Assembly: GCA_051294905.1 (NCBI GenBank)
Contig: CM119382.1
Span: forward strand, 11,036,001 to 11,100,000
DNA from: Botryllus schlosseri
Taxonomy: Eukaryota
Reading direction: 5' to 3'
DNA: 64,000 bases
Part shown: in pieces, positions 11,754 through 26,185 of the stretch
Layout of the letters: every line of letters begins with the position of its first letter
Numbering within the stretch: the first letter of the stretch is position 1
The notes under the pieces: generated by a model
Database searches by the model: none
What the model saw: the letters and a program-made list of their open reading frames with translations, nothing else
Told to the model about the DNA's origin: nothing
Program-made: the position numbers and the translations under genes

Positions 11754-14700
11754 GTTAGTAGGCTAATACGTTTCTTATTGGCCTCGTGGACATGTTTTGT
11801 CGTGTGAACAATGACTTATCGTTCGCTCACGTACGTTGTTGCTTTTGCAATGATTGATCCTTTGTTACATTATGCTAATCTCGAAATGGGTTAATACACA
11901 GTGAATCGATTTGTAGTTCCACTGTTATGATTGTATCCTAACGACCTCTATGTGATGTAATATTGCAAGCGACTCGCTACGATGCGCCTATCTGGCGTAG
12001 CAAAACTAAACAGCGTATATATTTCTTAATATTCAAAACCGGTTGTGAACCTGAACAATGAACATAGCCGGTCATGGTCGTGAATTAAGGTTTTATCATG
12101 TACGGCTGTGTATACTGTATATGCATACGGGATTAGAGACGTCTTGCCCTAGATGTAAAATGTGTTAATGAGCTTTTGTCGCACTATTGTTTACAGAGCA
12201 GTAGACTGGGTGTTGTGTTGTGGGGTATGCGTAATTAGGAATTACACAAAATCCATAATTGAATAGCCGCAATGTGCAAGCATACCGGATTTTGTGCCTC
12301 AAACAAGTTCTTTTGCCCTGGTAAAATTAATGCACAAATCACATTCAATCGATATAGTTATTACGCACACGCCGGCCGTTAGAACGACATCCTGTTTTCT
12401 CGTCCACGAAATGGCAGTTGTAATTTGAGTGCTTACCACCGCTACAACCACTAATTACTCCGTAACGATATTGTCAGCTGTTCGATATCTCCGTAATTGC
12501 GATGCTTTTGGAAAATTTGTCGACACCTCTCAATGCGATGTGCGAAGCGATAACAGAATCTGCGCTAGATGCCGGATGTGATAATGGCTGAGCAGCGAGA
12601 TGCGAAGGCCTTCAACTGTTTTAAAATTCGGACATTGGAATATCGTGTTATATGACGTCATCAAATCTGAGTATTTCCTCGCCATGAGCCCTTCGTTAGT
12701 AAATTTAGTATATATCTTTCTGGATAGTAACTCGCAAATAAGATGTCGATTGTGACCTTTGAGTACACGCTGGTATCACTGCGTACAAAAATGTACTACA
12801 AATTCACGCTCGTTAGTGGAAATGACATTAATGCAGGGTTACCATACGTCTGCATTTAGGAGCAATCTGCAATGAAATAGACATGGTCGTATAACTACCA
12901 AATCGTCTTTATGTCGTATAGAATTGGTTTTAGTTTTCTTTGCGGTCCGTAAACGGTTCATATATTGAACCTTCCATATAATACACGCTTTTATGACGTC
13001 ATCATGGGCAATACTCGAATATTCCATTCGAATCGAATCACTCTGATTCTCTAGTTCGTACCCGTGAGAGACATTGTTGCCTTATAAGCATGGCGTGACG
13101 ATTTTTACTCTGCCCCAGTATCATCAATGTCCACAACACTTCTCGTGCTGTTATATATTGTTTATCTTCCCCCTTGTCCGTTTGAATATGTCATAGTCAC
13201 CTTTCGGACACGGTTGAATCCGTTATCCGGTATGCAGTTCGTTCGTCCGTTCAGCCGTGAATGAACCTCAGCCTGTGGCGTTACGGCAGCGCATTTGAAA
13301 CGGTAATTATCCAATTTCATCCCATATTTAACTCTCGCGATGACAATATGCCGATGTAGCGAGTGGGTGCGTTAATTATTGTTTTACGGCCTGAAAGCTG
13401 TATATAATTCGATTAACGTGTGATCATTATGGTCTCCGGACTATAGGAATACTGTGGACATGGTGGGCACGGAGTATGTGGTTGCGAATTGCGACTATCT
13501 GGTAAAAATCTTCGATTCATTAGACGTCTATGATTTGACTTCGACATATTGAATCGGTTCAATTACAAATTGCCAATATCTGATTCAATGTCCCCGCTTG
13601 GTAACCCGGCTATCATCAGTTTAGAGAAGTATAGTATAAATATAGAATATGGGCAGAGCCGAACCATATCCAATCAATTGCCATGCAAAATGCATGCATC
13701 ATGCATCAATCATGATACAATTTTTTAAGAAAGTGAACTGTTTGTGAACTGTGTACAGTGTAAACTGTATACATACACCCGTGGTCATCAACCTTTTCCC
13801 TTGCGACGCACCACCTCGATCTCGATGTTCTATGGCAGGGGTCGGCGGTCGGCAGACCTGCTTCATGCGCCAGAAAAAGCAACAACACAAAAATATAATG
13901 CAATGAAATGTTACCTGTTGAATGAAGTTTATTATTGTGTGGTATACAGTGCTTAGCCACCAGGGTTGTAAGGTGTTTAAAATCAGGCTGATTTGGCCAA
14001 ACTCTGCAGTTAAAATACAAATAGGAAGAGCCGTATTCACCATTGTTAGCCCGGATATGTTCTTGACCTGCGCTACCGTGATTAATTATATATCAAGTTC
14101 ATTGCTGAACACAATGGCTTATCATTGATTGATGCACCATTGTTGCGGATGTAACGTTTACGTGAGCTTGATTCAAGAGCGCAATCGCTAAGTTCTAACC
14201 CAATAGTCCCACCTTCCCCTAAATCTTACAAGTGCTACGTAAACCATAAGGAAAGTAACAACACGAAAACAATACCCATATTGTTAATACGCGATAGAAT
14301 GCAACAATTTACAATCTGGTTAACATCTCCAGCAAAATGGCAATCATTAAAGAGCCGCAATCAAAGTGTTAAAGAGCCGCAGTTCGCCCACGCCAGTTTT
14401 ATGGTTTTGTTGCGTATGAACAAGTTAACGAAACACTCAACTTCATTCCAAATGTATATATAGGAATAGGGTTATTAACATGAGCGGAATAAAAAATAAG
14501 CCCGCCCTGAAGTTCCATAACAAATGCGGCCCGCTTGCCAATCTGACTTGTATACGTGCCATCCGCACAGAAAAATGTGCAATTTTTAGTGCCTCTGATT
14601 CTTTCAGTTGCGTATTTGTGATAATTTGCATAATTATTTTAAAACATCATGTTCCATAAAGCCGTAAATCCGTAACTTCCTTAGGTACAACCGTCCTATG

Positions 14701-15319
14701 TTCAATAGCCATTGGTATTTAACTGAGCAAAACAATGATGATCACTGACCCCCAGTGACCAACTGACCATTGACCACGCGAGGCCAGTCAGCATTTGAAC
14801 CTTGTGTTGTACTTGTAATGTTTAGAACCGAGCTTCACTATTTGAAAACTACGCAGTTGATACCGGTATCCAACTTGTGATTGCCATATTAAAACATACA
14901 TACTTAGATTGCGTGAACGTGGTATTCCAAATGAATAACTTCAACCTCGAAATTGACGCGTCGATGTATTCGCGTTCCTATGTATATAAAAGGTATAGTG
15001 TGTTTTCTGGCTACATTCTGAATAGGAAGTCAATAAATCAGGATTTTGAGAACCGTACGAGACTTCTTACAAAGTCGTGTGTTATCTACCGACAGAAATG
15101 ATCTCAGACACTAATTTTTTCCCAACGACTGTTATGAGTTGTGCGTGTTGACTGTTCGGGGCCGATTGTGCTGAAAACGCGGTCAAAATTTATTGTGCAA
15201 TTTGCGAATATCTGCGACTATATTGCGTCCTTGTTCGGCCCGAGCTTTATGATAGCGAATCCCAAACTTTATGTCTTCATCAATAAATACTCATAAAACC
15301 TTATGATAATTATCGTGAA

Positions 15320-15834
15320 TAGGGCTGGGCACAATGATTCGAGTACTCGAATCTGAATCGAGTATTAATTTTAATGATTCGAGTCGAGTAGTAAAATACG
15401 ATATTTTCGAGTACTGAAATTACAAGCTCCTCGCTACTGAAAGATAATTTATCAACGACAATTATAGTTTTGATGCTAGTTTCCAATGTGGAAGGCTTAA
15501 AACACTGATTGGCTGCCTTGAAGCATACGAAACATAGTACAAAGCTACAAAGCTTACGTGAAATAAGACATTTTCGAAGTCATAATCATCCCATAACCTT
15601 GTCACGAAGTGCAATAAAATCGGTGTGGTCGAATAAATATCAAAGCATCTTTAATGTGATGGATAACAGGCATTATATTCTTTGCTGTGGCATAAAAGGT
15701 ATACATTTGAACTTTGACATATTACATTCTGTTATGACGTCATAATGTGTGATACTCGAATACTCGACTCGACTCGAAGCATAATACGTGATTCAGAATC
15801 GAATCACTCAGGTACTCGATTTTGCCCAGCCCTA
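15320..15834. mobile_element. hAT-type MITE (family C), 515 bp
   Basis: TIR TAGGGCTGGGC...GCCCAGCCCTA. Perfect 8-bp TSD ATCGTGAA (15312-15319 and 15835-15842). Subterminal ACTCGA/TCGAAT repeats at both ends. Confidence 0.92.
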
Positions 15835-17470
15835 ATCGTGAATACGTATGTATTGAAACGGCCACAACAGTAAAACAAAGGGCTTAATTATTGTCTGTCA
15901 CTGTCCAGCCAAATTTTCACAATTAGCTTGTTATTGATGTGATATGTATATGTGAGCGCCGAGCGTATAGGCGGCGTGATAGGGATTGTAATTAGCATGT
16001 AAGGGATGCTGGAGCATTTAAGTTTAAATCAGGTTAATTTCACTTTCGTCAAATACATGCAGCCTCCATACATACCAATGACTGTGGCGCATACGTTTAT
16101 CTCGCCGTGCTACAAGATACCTGACGCCTTTTGTTTGCAAACCGAGATAACGCATTTCCATTGATGTTGTCTATCTGTCACCGCATTTTAGCCGATAACC
16201 CGAACTTGTCAAGGCACTTTATCGGTATTTTAACGGCAGTATGCATTTGCACGGTCCCAGCCTCCTGTTGGCGTTATCATTTTGTTACGTCGTGTTTGTT
16301 TGAACTTTGTCAATAGGCAAGCGGATATCTGTTGGTAACAGATCGCTGACGAATTAAAAGTATTATTGATGTAGGAGTGATTATTTCGAGGCCGCTTTTC
16401 TGTCCGCATAGCCGAAGTTTGAGTCAAACGTACTGTTCTGTTTTGCGCCCAATGCTTGACTTCGCGTGTCCGAAGTGTTCACAGTGTTTCTCGGTGCTTT
16501 CAACTGATGTGTATGGTACATAAGAATAATAATAACATGTTTTAGCGGTGCATTGCGTAGAAGGGCAGGTATTGACAAAACAAATAGATTAACATATATT
16601 GCTGTTGCTGTGGACCTCCAGTATATTCTATGACGTCATAATGTGGTGACACTTATCATCTACTATTATGCGAATATGTGTGCTTTCAAGTTAGAATTGC
16701 CCATTTCATGAACTGAAGAGGGTTGGTTCTCGCTTAGAAAGCTTGTTAAATAATGAATATGATTGAACCGTTTATTTTCACCCCTGCACCCTTATTATTA
16801 TTCACACGTTAGTGCCATAATGGACTCGGTAATGGGTAAGGAAATCAAATTCCCATCTATTAAAATCTGAAACGCCCGACTGTCGGCACAAGCCGACGCA
16901 GGCTTACAAATCGTGGTTGTCAAGCAACGTTACCGCGCAGTTGCGTATGTTGTCACTTGGTAGAGCCGTATGGATCATGCCCAGTATTACACCACCGCAC
17001 TGACCGCACCGACCCACGAATAAGTTGTTCTCTCAAAACCACACACGCTCGGCATAAATACACGGTTATATTTCCAAGCGCGTCCCACCTCAATCGCGTT
17101 AGCTGCATCTAAACATCCTCCTAATGTGTATAAATATTTATATCATACCCCAGGGGATAGAACAGACGCGACAGCCTTTCAAGTTGCTGTTCGTGATGCA
17201 GCCGGCCATTGCCCGTAATAGGGTCGTTGAATTACAATCGAATCTAAATTATACCGCGTTAACCACCAGTTAACGAGGGTAACTTGTAAGACCAAACACT
17301 CGTATTGTAGGGGAGACTAGAATAGATGTTGAAACGTATGAATCATTAAACAAATTCCACTTGAATTCGTGTCTTCAATATGTTAGTAATCGTGAAATAT
17401 ACCAATAGTTCTCAACCGCTGGTCCGAGTCACTTTTCCGGCCTGTCCGCCAAATATATTTCAACTTTGAA

Positions 17471-17646
17471 GAGCTTCTTGTAGGTACATAACTTCAATAT
17501 ACATTTGAAAAGCATATTCATATTGAATTGAACCCGAATATTTTCGGCTGACACTCGTCAGGGGTAATCGTCTGTAACTAGTAGAGAATTGGAAAGAACA
17601 TTGTATATCAACAATGGTATCACGAAATACGACGTCACCCAGCATG
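17471..17646 (+). mobile_element. Family A copy (one arm plus spacer)
   Basis: gagcttcttgtaggtac...ttttcggctgacactcgtcaggggtaatcg...ggaaagaacattgtatatcaacaat, near-identical to 4278-4450. Confidence 0.85.
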
Positions 17647-20124
17647 AAATTTCGAATAATCGGTGCGAAGAGATCGCTTAAGCTCAATGTGATATGTACT
17701 ATTATTTCAATTTTATTCACAATTGCGAAAAGGAAGAGGTTTAAGGCTTGTCTATTAATTGGAGAAATAAAATACTAAATTCATAGATTAAGAACGTAAG
17801 TTAGAACGCTTTCCGGCGTGATGTACAGTTTATGGTTCACTTTTGACCTATTCCACGTGATAATGCTGATAAAGTCGTACCGGTACAGAACTGTTTAAAA
17901 GGACCCTACAACTCGTTTTAAACCAGTAATATGTGACGGCGAAAATGACTTTTTAAACAAAATCTGGCGAAATTAGACAGTGCAATGTACTTTTTGTACA
18001 ATGTACCCACATTTAACAGAATCTATGAAACAACGAAGTCTCAATTCTTTCAAATGAAGCCCAGCTGTAAAAACCGAATCGGTGGTTTTAGCGGGACTTC
18101 AAACGAAACTTCAACAGAACCACGCGAGACCGGTGTAATATCGAAAAGACGGCTGCATGTCTCTCATTAAATTAAAGTTCCAATTATTCTTGTTGAATGG
18201 TACCTACTTTTACCGTAATTACATTTTTGGGTTGATTGATTATTACCGGTTCGAAAATTTTGTGTTTTGAAATTTGACTGGCCCGGAAGCCGATACCGTT
18301 AGGAACCACTGATCTATTTCGAAGTGAATTTCAATGGTCTATCTCGCCGCTTCAAGGTAGCGGACTATAAAGTCATAAATCGATATGGTGTAATCACCCG
18401 ATTAGTTGTAGAATTGATACGCAAACGGCCGGAATTTTTACGACAGCTTCCGTTCGTACGCGTCGCGTAAGGCTGGCGCGCTGCGATCGTTGTTATGGTA
18501 AAAGAATACGAACAAAAGCACGCTCAAACGACCCATTCCGCGTACGGACGATTTCGGTTATGCATACTTACAGCCAAAGCCAAAATTTTTCCCCGTAGAC
18601 CGCAAAGCTCTTATGTGGTACCGCGTCATCTCTTATCATATCTTCCCGCCAGAAATGGTGCGTGACTCGATGAAGGATTGGCCCTCGTTTTCATTATGCT
18701 GATCGCAGATGATCCGGGGTGGCGAAAAGTTGGCTTTTAACGGTCGGGTTCCGAGCGGATAAGTGTCGTGTTTTTCGGTTGCTTGATTGGTTTCGCGTGG
18801 TACTACACGATGGCTAATGTAGATTTTGTTCGGTGTTACTGATGAGTCGAGCGATTAATTCTTGACTTTGAGTGTGAGACAAAAATTGTCAAAATTGTCT
18901 ACAAAGTCGAAATCGTTTACAAACTGCATTGTCTCTGTGTCGTAGTGGTTGCGCTGTCTGTGAACTTTTCATTTTGCATTTTACACCTGGTAGCCAAATT
19001 TACACTGTTGTAAACGGCCTATTGTCAACTCATTTTGAATCATAAACCATTAAATGGATTATTTGATTGATATGATGTGATGACCAACACGCCTCAAAAC
19101 GTGTAACATTTTTGGTATGTCCTAAGTAATTTTGCTGTAGGTTAGGTGCAATCCAATATTTAACTGATTGAGTTTTAAAAACGTTAAAGTTTGTCAAAAT
19201 AAAGTTTTTAATGTAAAGAGTTGACAAGACCGTCAAAAATTGTAGTGACTTTGGTTGGCGTTCTCTAGTAGTGCGATGCAACTGGAACCAATACTCTGCT
19301 ATCTGCTTTTGCACATTACTGAGCACAAACTAGTTACATTTTACATATACGTGAAGGAATGTGGGGATATTTGGAACTGTTAAAGGTCATGGTCAACTAA
19401 TAGGTCGACTAGTCACTGAAGTCTGCGAAACTCAACTACAACTGCATTATGACATGTGCTTACAAGCGTGAAATCTTGTTACGAATTTCAGGTCCAAGTC
19501 CACAATATCATATCATGTGACTTGTCCAACTCCAAACAAACAGAAAGCATCTAGTCCATGCTCAACCGTTAGAATACGACATGAAATCTCAAAATCCGGT
19601 TCCCTCGGTCCGATCCCAAATCCTGGCTTAATGGCTCATCTCTGGCACCTGTTTCCGTATATTTAGGGAATTACAGATCTGCTTTTGGTGTGTTTGTGTG
19701 TGTTTCAGGGCTACCGCACCAATATGGATGCGGATCCAAAATTGACCAATGACCAATTGACCATAGATGTCGAGCCACCATGAATGCTAAACGACAAGAA
19801 CACATCTCCGTGTTATTTATTTTCTGTATTTTGGGTTCTAAAAGACAAGTGTGCAGCGTAGTGGTGGTTGTCGGTCAGGGTACCTTACTACCTTAGGTAA
19901 TTTTGAGCTTCAATCCGACTCCTATACTATAATCCCACATTGGATCCCATCCAACTGCAGATAAAAAATTGCAAAGCGTGACAGAGTAGTGGCAATATTT
20001 CCTCCGGATCCAAATGTATTCCGTTGATTCCAACATTCCAGCTCTATCGTGCCTGTTCCTCGAAGACTGACTCGCTTGGCAAAGTGATAATCGCAATGGA
20101 ATTACGTTTTTTATGTCTTTTTAG

Positions 20125-20243
20125 CCTTCTCTGATGACAACGTGCGAACCCAAAGTCAGCTTGCTTGTGAAGACTACGAAATCACGCTGAGATGCCCGGG
20201 AAGCGATATCATTACCATAAAAGGAGCTGCCTACGGCAGACAG
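20125..20243 (+). CDS. ADGRL: Exon 2: RBL/Gal-lectin part 1 (AFSDDNVRTQSQLACEDYEITLRCPGSDIITIKGAAYGRQ)
   Basis: Acceptor tttttag|CC, donor CAG|gtatat. The motif LACExYxIxLRCPGSDxIxIxxAxYGR is typical of latrophilin RBL. Confidence 0.95.
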
Positions 20244-22169
20244 GTATATACTGTTTTATATTGGCTACGATATTCGTACACATTGATACTCTTCCCACGC
20301 ATTTCGAAGATCCAATCTTTATCTCAACCATTGGTTAACAACCTATGGTACATGATGCCGGTTTCAGCGGGCCAAAAATCTTGCATCGTATATGCTATTA
20401 GGGTAGCCATACCCTCCTTATCAGATTTCTCCTTAATTTGAAGGACAATGTTCATTTTTTACAAAATGGCAGTCCAGCTGGTGGCTGAGGCTGTCACGAG
20501 GGCTTCCAACTAGCTCAGGCGAACATGATGATATCTTTCTTAGTCACCAGCTCCCCAAATGTGCCGTGATTTGGACCGAACCAAGATATTGACCGTCTTA
20601 AGTGGTCTGCTTCCCACATTTCGCCGTAGTAAGGTTTTCATTGCATGTTACTGAGCCGACGCCGTGTATTTAATAATATAGTGGGGCATGAGCAAACTAA
20701 GTTTGAAAACCCCTGATCTAAACGCATCGACCCCTAAATATATTTGTAGCTATTCATGTTATCAAGGGCACAGTCCGAAATGTCCAGAAATTTTTATGCT
20801 GGATGCAAACTCCTGTGAGGCTATCATTACGGCCACATAATTTCAGCTAAACCCTATCGCAGGTAAAAATCCAGTTTCTCTTTTTAACTAGAAGATATTA
20901 GTCGGCCGATTATAAAACGTTATCTCATGGTCCAGATCGGGCCGACACCACAACCGGTGCCTGCCATGGGCCAAAATCCGCGGCGTAGGGCACGGTACAT
21001 CCGGCCCGTTTCCCGCGCCAGGCGCGAAAGAAAAATACCGCTATCACACTGTCCTATTCCGGCGATATTTACCAAACATTAAACTATAATATCCATCCAA
21101 ATAAATAGCAAGTTGTATAAAGAGCAAGCGGGTGCGATAATATTGACGCAGTCGATTGACGTTTAATCGTTTCGTTTGTCGAGGGTTATACCTGAATACC
21201 GGCGAGGTGCCAGGGGTCAGTAACTCTGCAGGCTTGAATTTGTTTGTATGTAGAGCGTGGTATTGTTTTCTTGCCTGGTCGCGTGGAAATCTATGGTATT
21301 GACACGTGACTGATTCATCATTATGACGTGCTATTGTTTTGGGACAACGCCTTTACTGGCAACGATTCGGTAGTCCTCAAAATCTGGAATGCGTGGGTAA
21401 TGCTTTGTTTGATATAAATATCATTCTGAACGCTTGTGACACTTCAATGTCTCATCTTAATCGTCGATCACTGGATTTCCGCGTGACTGTTGCATTTTCA
21501 AGCATGGGGCGATGTTGACACCAAGCCACATCACCGTATTCGACTGCAGCAAAATGATTTCAATGAAGTTACAATATAATAATTTACGGTAGTTCGACAT
21601 ACACGAAAAATTGTGCAGTACAGTATGGATAATTAATTTTAAACATCTTATCGTTTATAAGCAGATATGCCTAATATGCCTATGAACTACGTTAGTCAGT
21701 GTTTATGAATATTAAGACTTCTTTGATCATTGCGATTATGTATGTAAACACGATCTTCCTCGTTAAAAATATCAGCAAGTACTGTAATAAATTCATAGAC
21801 CATAACCTTCTTTCATGTCGAACATAAAAAGTGGCAACCCCACATAACCCCATACCTCGAACTTCGTGTTGTTATCGTCATCGAGTATGCTAAATTACAG
21901 TCAATAGTGCTTAACCTGAAGGCGTAAGCCAAGCCCCGGCGTGCCATGCAACTTGATCTCGAGTAAGAAGGCATTTTGATCATTGATTTGAATTCTGGCA
22001 TCATGCTGGTGAAAACAATTCTTGGCGTCTGATGTAAGATTATAAGATGGCTGACTGACATTTGTGATATAGCGCTGAGCATTGTCATGGTTCAGATTGA
22101 AATTAGAGAGTCGTCCTTCCAAACGTGAGACAATTTATGCATTTTAGTAATCAATAAAAATGGTAGATA

Positions 22170-22410
22170 TGGTTTGTTTGTGGTATCCATGGTGTTTGTG
22201 GACTATGGTATGGTCATTTACACCAGGCCAATTTTCTCCATTTTTATTCCGTAACTGCCGACTTGTAGCACGGCTCACTTCTAGGCTTTTTATAAGACAT
22301 CGCTTACCCGGATGATGCGGTTAGGAGATACCTAGATAAACCTCCGACACTAGGTAGGAGGCGTAAAGATTAAGAACTTAGGTTAGCTACCACGGCTGTG
22401 ATACCTATTT
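22170..22410 (+). repeat. Family K interspersed repeat (~240 bp), second copy at 25851-26050
   Basis: Shared tgtttgtggtat...tatggtca(t/c)ttacacca...ttttataagaca...gataaacctcc(g/a)acacta between the two loci. Confidence 0.7.
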
Positions 22411-22492
22411 TTCGGGTTTGTTCACAATTATGTAATTTTACCAGTGCCTAAGTATGTTTCCTCAAAACCAATGTACTCGGTACTGAAATACT

Positions 22493-22712
22493 CGGAGGTG
22501 GCCAGTAACGAAGTACTTCTACTTTTAAAGCACCCGATTAGGTTATGCCTGCTTGCACTACTGGCTTAACTGGTGATGATGATGTTAGACTATATTATGC
22601 CTATATGAAATAATTACTTTTTACTTAGAAATCGCTATTCTAGTTGGGCTTGAGTAGAAATTTAGGACTTGACTTATACTTCTACTTGAGTGCCGACTAC
22701 TGCCGATGCTGG
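22493..22712 (+). mobile_element. Family B copy in intron 2
   Basis: cggaggtggccagtaacgaagtacttctactttt...cttctacttgagtgccgactac. Confidence 0.75.
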
Positions 22713-22902
22713 AAATAGTTTACATACCTTGGACGTGAACACATCTAACGCCGGGAATTGTCTGTCTATTGGCGGTCTATACTGAAATTTATAACAGATC
22801 CTTTCGCTTTGTATAGCATCAGTGTACGCTTTGACTCCTAGTAGGAGTTGTAGTTCGCTTTATTTTTCAAAGTTTTGTAAATTTTCGCAAATCGATTTTC
22901 AG

Positions 22903-22988
22903 GATGATATGACGTGCGTTGTCAACTCGGATCAAATGCAGGACATGCATTGTCGTCTGCCGAACGCGAAGCAAGTCGTCGCCAAAAG
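22903..22988 (+). CDS. ADGRL: Exon 3: RBL part 2 (DDMTCVVNSDQMQDMHCRLPNAKQVVAK-R); not in the ORF track
   Basis: attttcag|GAT ... AAAAG|gtgagt, phase 0 to 2. Aligns by eye to vertebrate [29 protein letters not shown]. Confidence 0.93.
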
Positions 22989-25489
22989 GTGAGTCGGTTG
23001 GCTTTGTCTGTATCGCGTCACCGATCAAAAACAGTCTTACTCACAAGGTAAACACAGCTGTCAATTGGTGACATTGATGTTGATGGATACACGGGATTAG
23101 GCGTTCGGTTCGGTAGCTTTTCCGACGACCGTATTCCAAGCGGGATACCACTTTCGGGCTCTGTGTAACCCGGCAGTAATTATTTTCGATTTTCGCGTCT
23201 ACACGAGTTGGTTGTCAGCCGCGCCGTAGTCGTTATCAATTATGATTTGCAAAAGCTGGTTCTCGGGGATTTTCGGCGAGTCACGTGTCTAAAAACGGTA
23301 TCGGAACGCGTTATAATAGATCTGAAGCAGTGGTTCTAAAATTTATATTGCTGACAGCACCCCTTGAAATCATTCCCGGTGCCGTAATCAATTGTTAAAT
23401 TTGCAAATTTAAGGATTTAAAGATCATAAGGGTTATGGTTAATTTGACTATCCTATGAAAATGATCAAAACTTGGTCAAAATTATATACTATGGAGATTG
23501 GGTTTTCCTTTGAATGTGTATTTTATCTACAAGTAAAGCAGTCGTTATGACATTTGTGAAGTTTTAGAACTACTCAATAATGGGAAACGCCACGCCTTAG
23601 ACGTGAGAGAGGTCATTTGACCTTTGAACTTGGGCATATGTTGGGTTACTATTTGGCAATTCCGTTTTTGGATTCGGATCTACATACGCGAGATAGGCGA
23701 CCAACAAAAATGTACCAACTGCCAGATGTCTTACGGGGTCTTTGGCACAGTATCGCGGTGCACCTGAAATCGCTGGTCTAAAGACAATGTACTATAAATA
23801 CATGGGTTGGAAATGGATGTATTTACGAGATTTCCACCATGGCGTAGGGTGATAATCAAATGTACCAATCCTTAAGCAGATATGTTCCAGGATTGTAGTG
23901 GGTCCTTTTCGCGCCTTATTGTGTTACACGAAAACAGATCCAACTCCAGTCCTGGGATATATCTCCATAAGAATTGGTGCATTTGATACGTTTTCACGCA
24001 TTGGAATGTGCGTGAAAAAGAAAACAACATATTGTACCAGAAAATGTCGACTACCTGATTTGCAGCCTTCACTAGGGCGGAAATAGGCGAAATACACCAT
24101 TTTCATTTACAAGGTAATAGTAGTACCATTGTACGAACGAAATTGTTTTTCTTCCATACTAAGATACAGCGTACGCATAGTTTGCGGGACTTTAGAGAAG
24201 TTCCAACTCAGCCTATAACATAGAGAGGCTTCGTTATCTCAACTGTTCATCTCCCGTAGCGGGAACATCTTCATTATCGCTCTTAATAATGTATGGAATA
24301 ACTGAAGCGAATGGAGAATAGATAAACGCGTACTTGTAATAATCTCAAATCTCGCCTATTGCCTTGTGTATGAAGTTTGGCGCGTGATGCGCCACGAAAT
24401 TGTGTTAAATTCAGCCATTATTTTAAGCGCATCTTGATATACATTCGCCGAACTCTTGGCGAGTTTATAGCGTTTATGTGTGGCGTTGCGTTGCCACAAA
24501 ACGCGCCATTTTGAGCTGTGGTGTAGTAAAAACACGATTACGATCGCAGTTCCGAATAATCGAAGAGTAATCTTGATCGATTTCCCTATATGTCACAATA
24601 ACTCCGGGGGAAAACTGAAGATAACTGAGGTAGCGCGAAGCGCAATGGAAAAAACTACAGATTTCAATTGCCCGTAAAAATACATTTGCCAAAGGCAATG
24701 TTTAATCTCAGTGGATTTGGCGGAAAATTAGTGTTTCAAGATTACGATTTTGTGTCGAATCTAAGGCCTTTGAACTGGACACAATAGCATGCGACATTTC
24801 AGCATGCGACACTTGAGCATCTGGGCATCAAAGCAGGGTTACCGATAGATTTTGGGTTACGTTCGGATTAGGGTTGCGTGCGGGCTGTTCTGTGTCGCAT
24901 TGTAAACTGTCGTTTTTTTTCATTGTGTCGCATGCTCAAACCCCGAGATATTCGAATATAGATTGCCGTTCTTTTTAGGACTAGGAGATCAATATTTAGC
25001 GGAAACATAATCAATCATAAGTTGGAGCGCAAGTCTAGGCATCGGGGAATTGTTTAGGCTACGGCGCCCGGTATACTAGCTATCGCCCCGAACAGATCGC
25101 TCTGCAAAACCGCGCGAAAACCGAAAGGGATTTTCCACGCATCGCATGATCGATATGCACGCGCCACTGTTAGTAGCAGGGGAAGAGTGGCTCAGAGCTC
25201 GGTGCGGTTTTGTAGTCGCCGCCGCGACATCTGAATGTTTAATCTCACACACCAGACAGCGTTTAGCCTAACTTCTCACACGCGCTGACATTTCCAGAGC
25301 GCTGGGCAACTGCAGTACAGATATATTGAAAATAATACATTTTCTTACGCTAGAAAGCAGGTAGCCGTTACGTGCGTGGGTAAAATCGGTTGCAGACAAA
25401 TTGACCCCATAACAAAACCTATATATGCGTATGCAGCGGGGCGTATACGCGCGATAACATTTCAACAATCGCGACCTGCGACCCACGTA

Positions 25490-26185
25490 GGGGTGGCCGA
25501 AGCAGTCATCGTTGTTTAATCGAGCAGGAGTAGAAGTAGCGTCTTAAATTTCTACCCAAGTACAAATAGAAGTAGTTACTTCGGAATAAATGAATGGGTA
25601 AGCATTCTAGGCTTGGTTTTGCATTAAAAAAAACTGAAAACGTTCAAGTAGAAGTAGTAGAAAATCGTATTCGCTTGAGAATATAGTGCAAGTTAGCAAA
25701 ACGTGCGTGAATACCCCGAAAAATATAAGTATTACCGGTAAAAGTAGCTTATTTCCGAGTATGTGAAAAAGCAAGCATTCTAGGCTTGGTTTTGCCTGAA
25801 AAACTGAAAACTGTCAAGTGGCATTAGTCTTAAAGGTACTTAGAAGTTATTGTTTGTGGTATTCGTGGGGTTTGTCGACTACTATGGTCACTTACACCAT
25901 GTCATTATCCTTCATTTTATAAGACACTGCTTACATGGATGAGATGGTGAGGAGGGGCCTCGATAAACCTCCAACACTAAGGTGGGAATCCTGGAGTCGA
26001 CTTCGGTCGGACTAAAACCAGCAACCCATTGGTGTTGCAGCTGTGGATTATACCACTGCGCTATCTCGCCGAAGTAGAAGCAAATGCGATCTAAAATCAT
26101 AACCGCTTGCGTCAGTAGTGCAATTAGGCAACAATCTACTTTGAGTACTTCGAAAACTAGTTGCTGACCAGTGACCACTTTGGGT
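25490..26185 (-). mobile_element. Family B copy (reverse) with internal duplication and a nested family K element
   Basis: gagtagaagtag/caagtagaagtag motifs. aagcattctaggcttggttttgc occurs twice (~25600 and ~25773). Confidence 0.65.

Noticed and set aside
13699-14128. Cluster of overlapping 68-114 aa ORFs
   Set aside because: No domain. The region contains a MITE-like terminus (gtggtcatcaaccttttcc) and low-complexity sequence.
19709-19896. Strong acceptor (tgtgtgtttcag|GG) 416 nt upstream of exon 2, possible poison exon
   Set aside because: In-frame stop after 14 codons and only a speculative donor at 19897. No support without RNA data.
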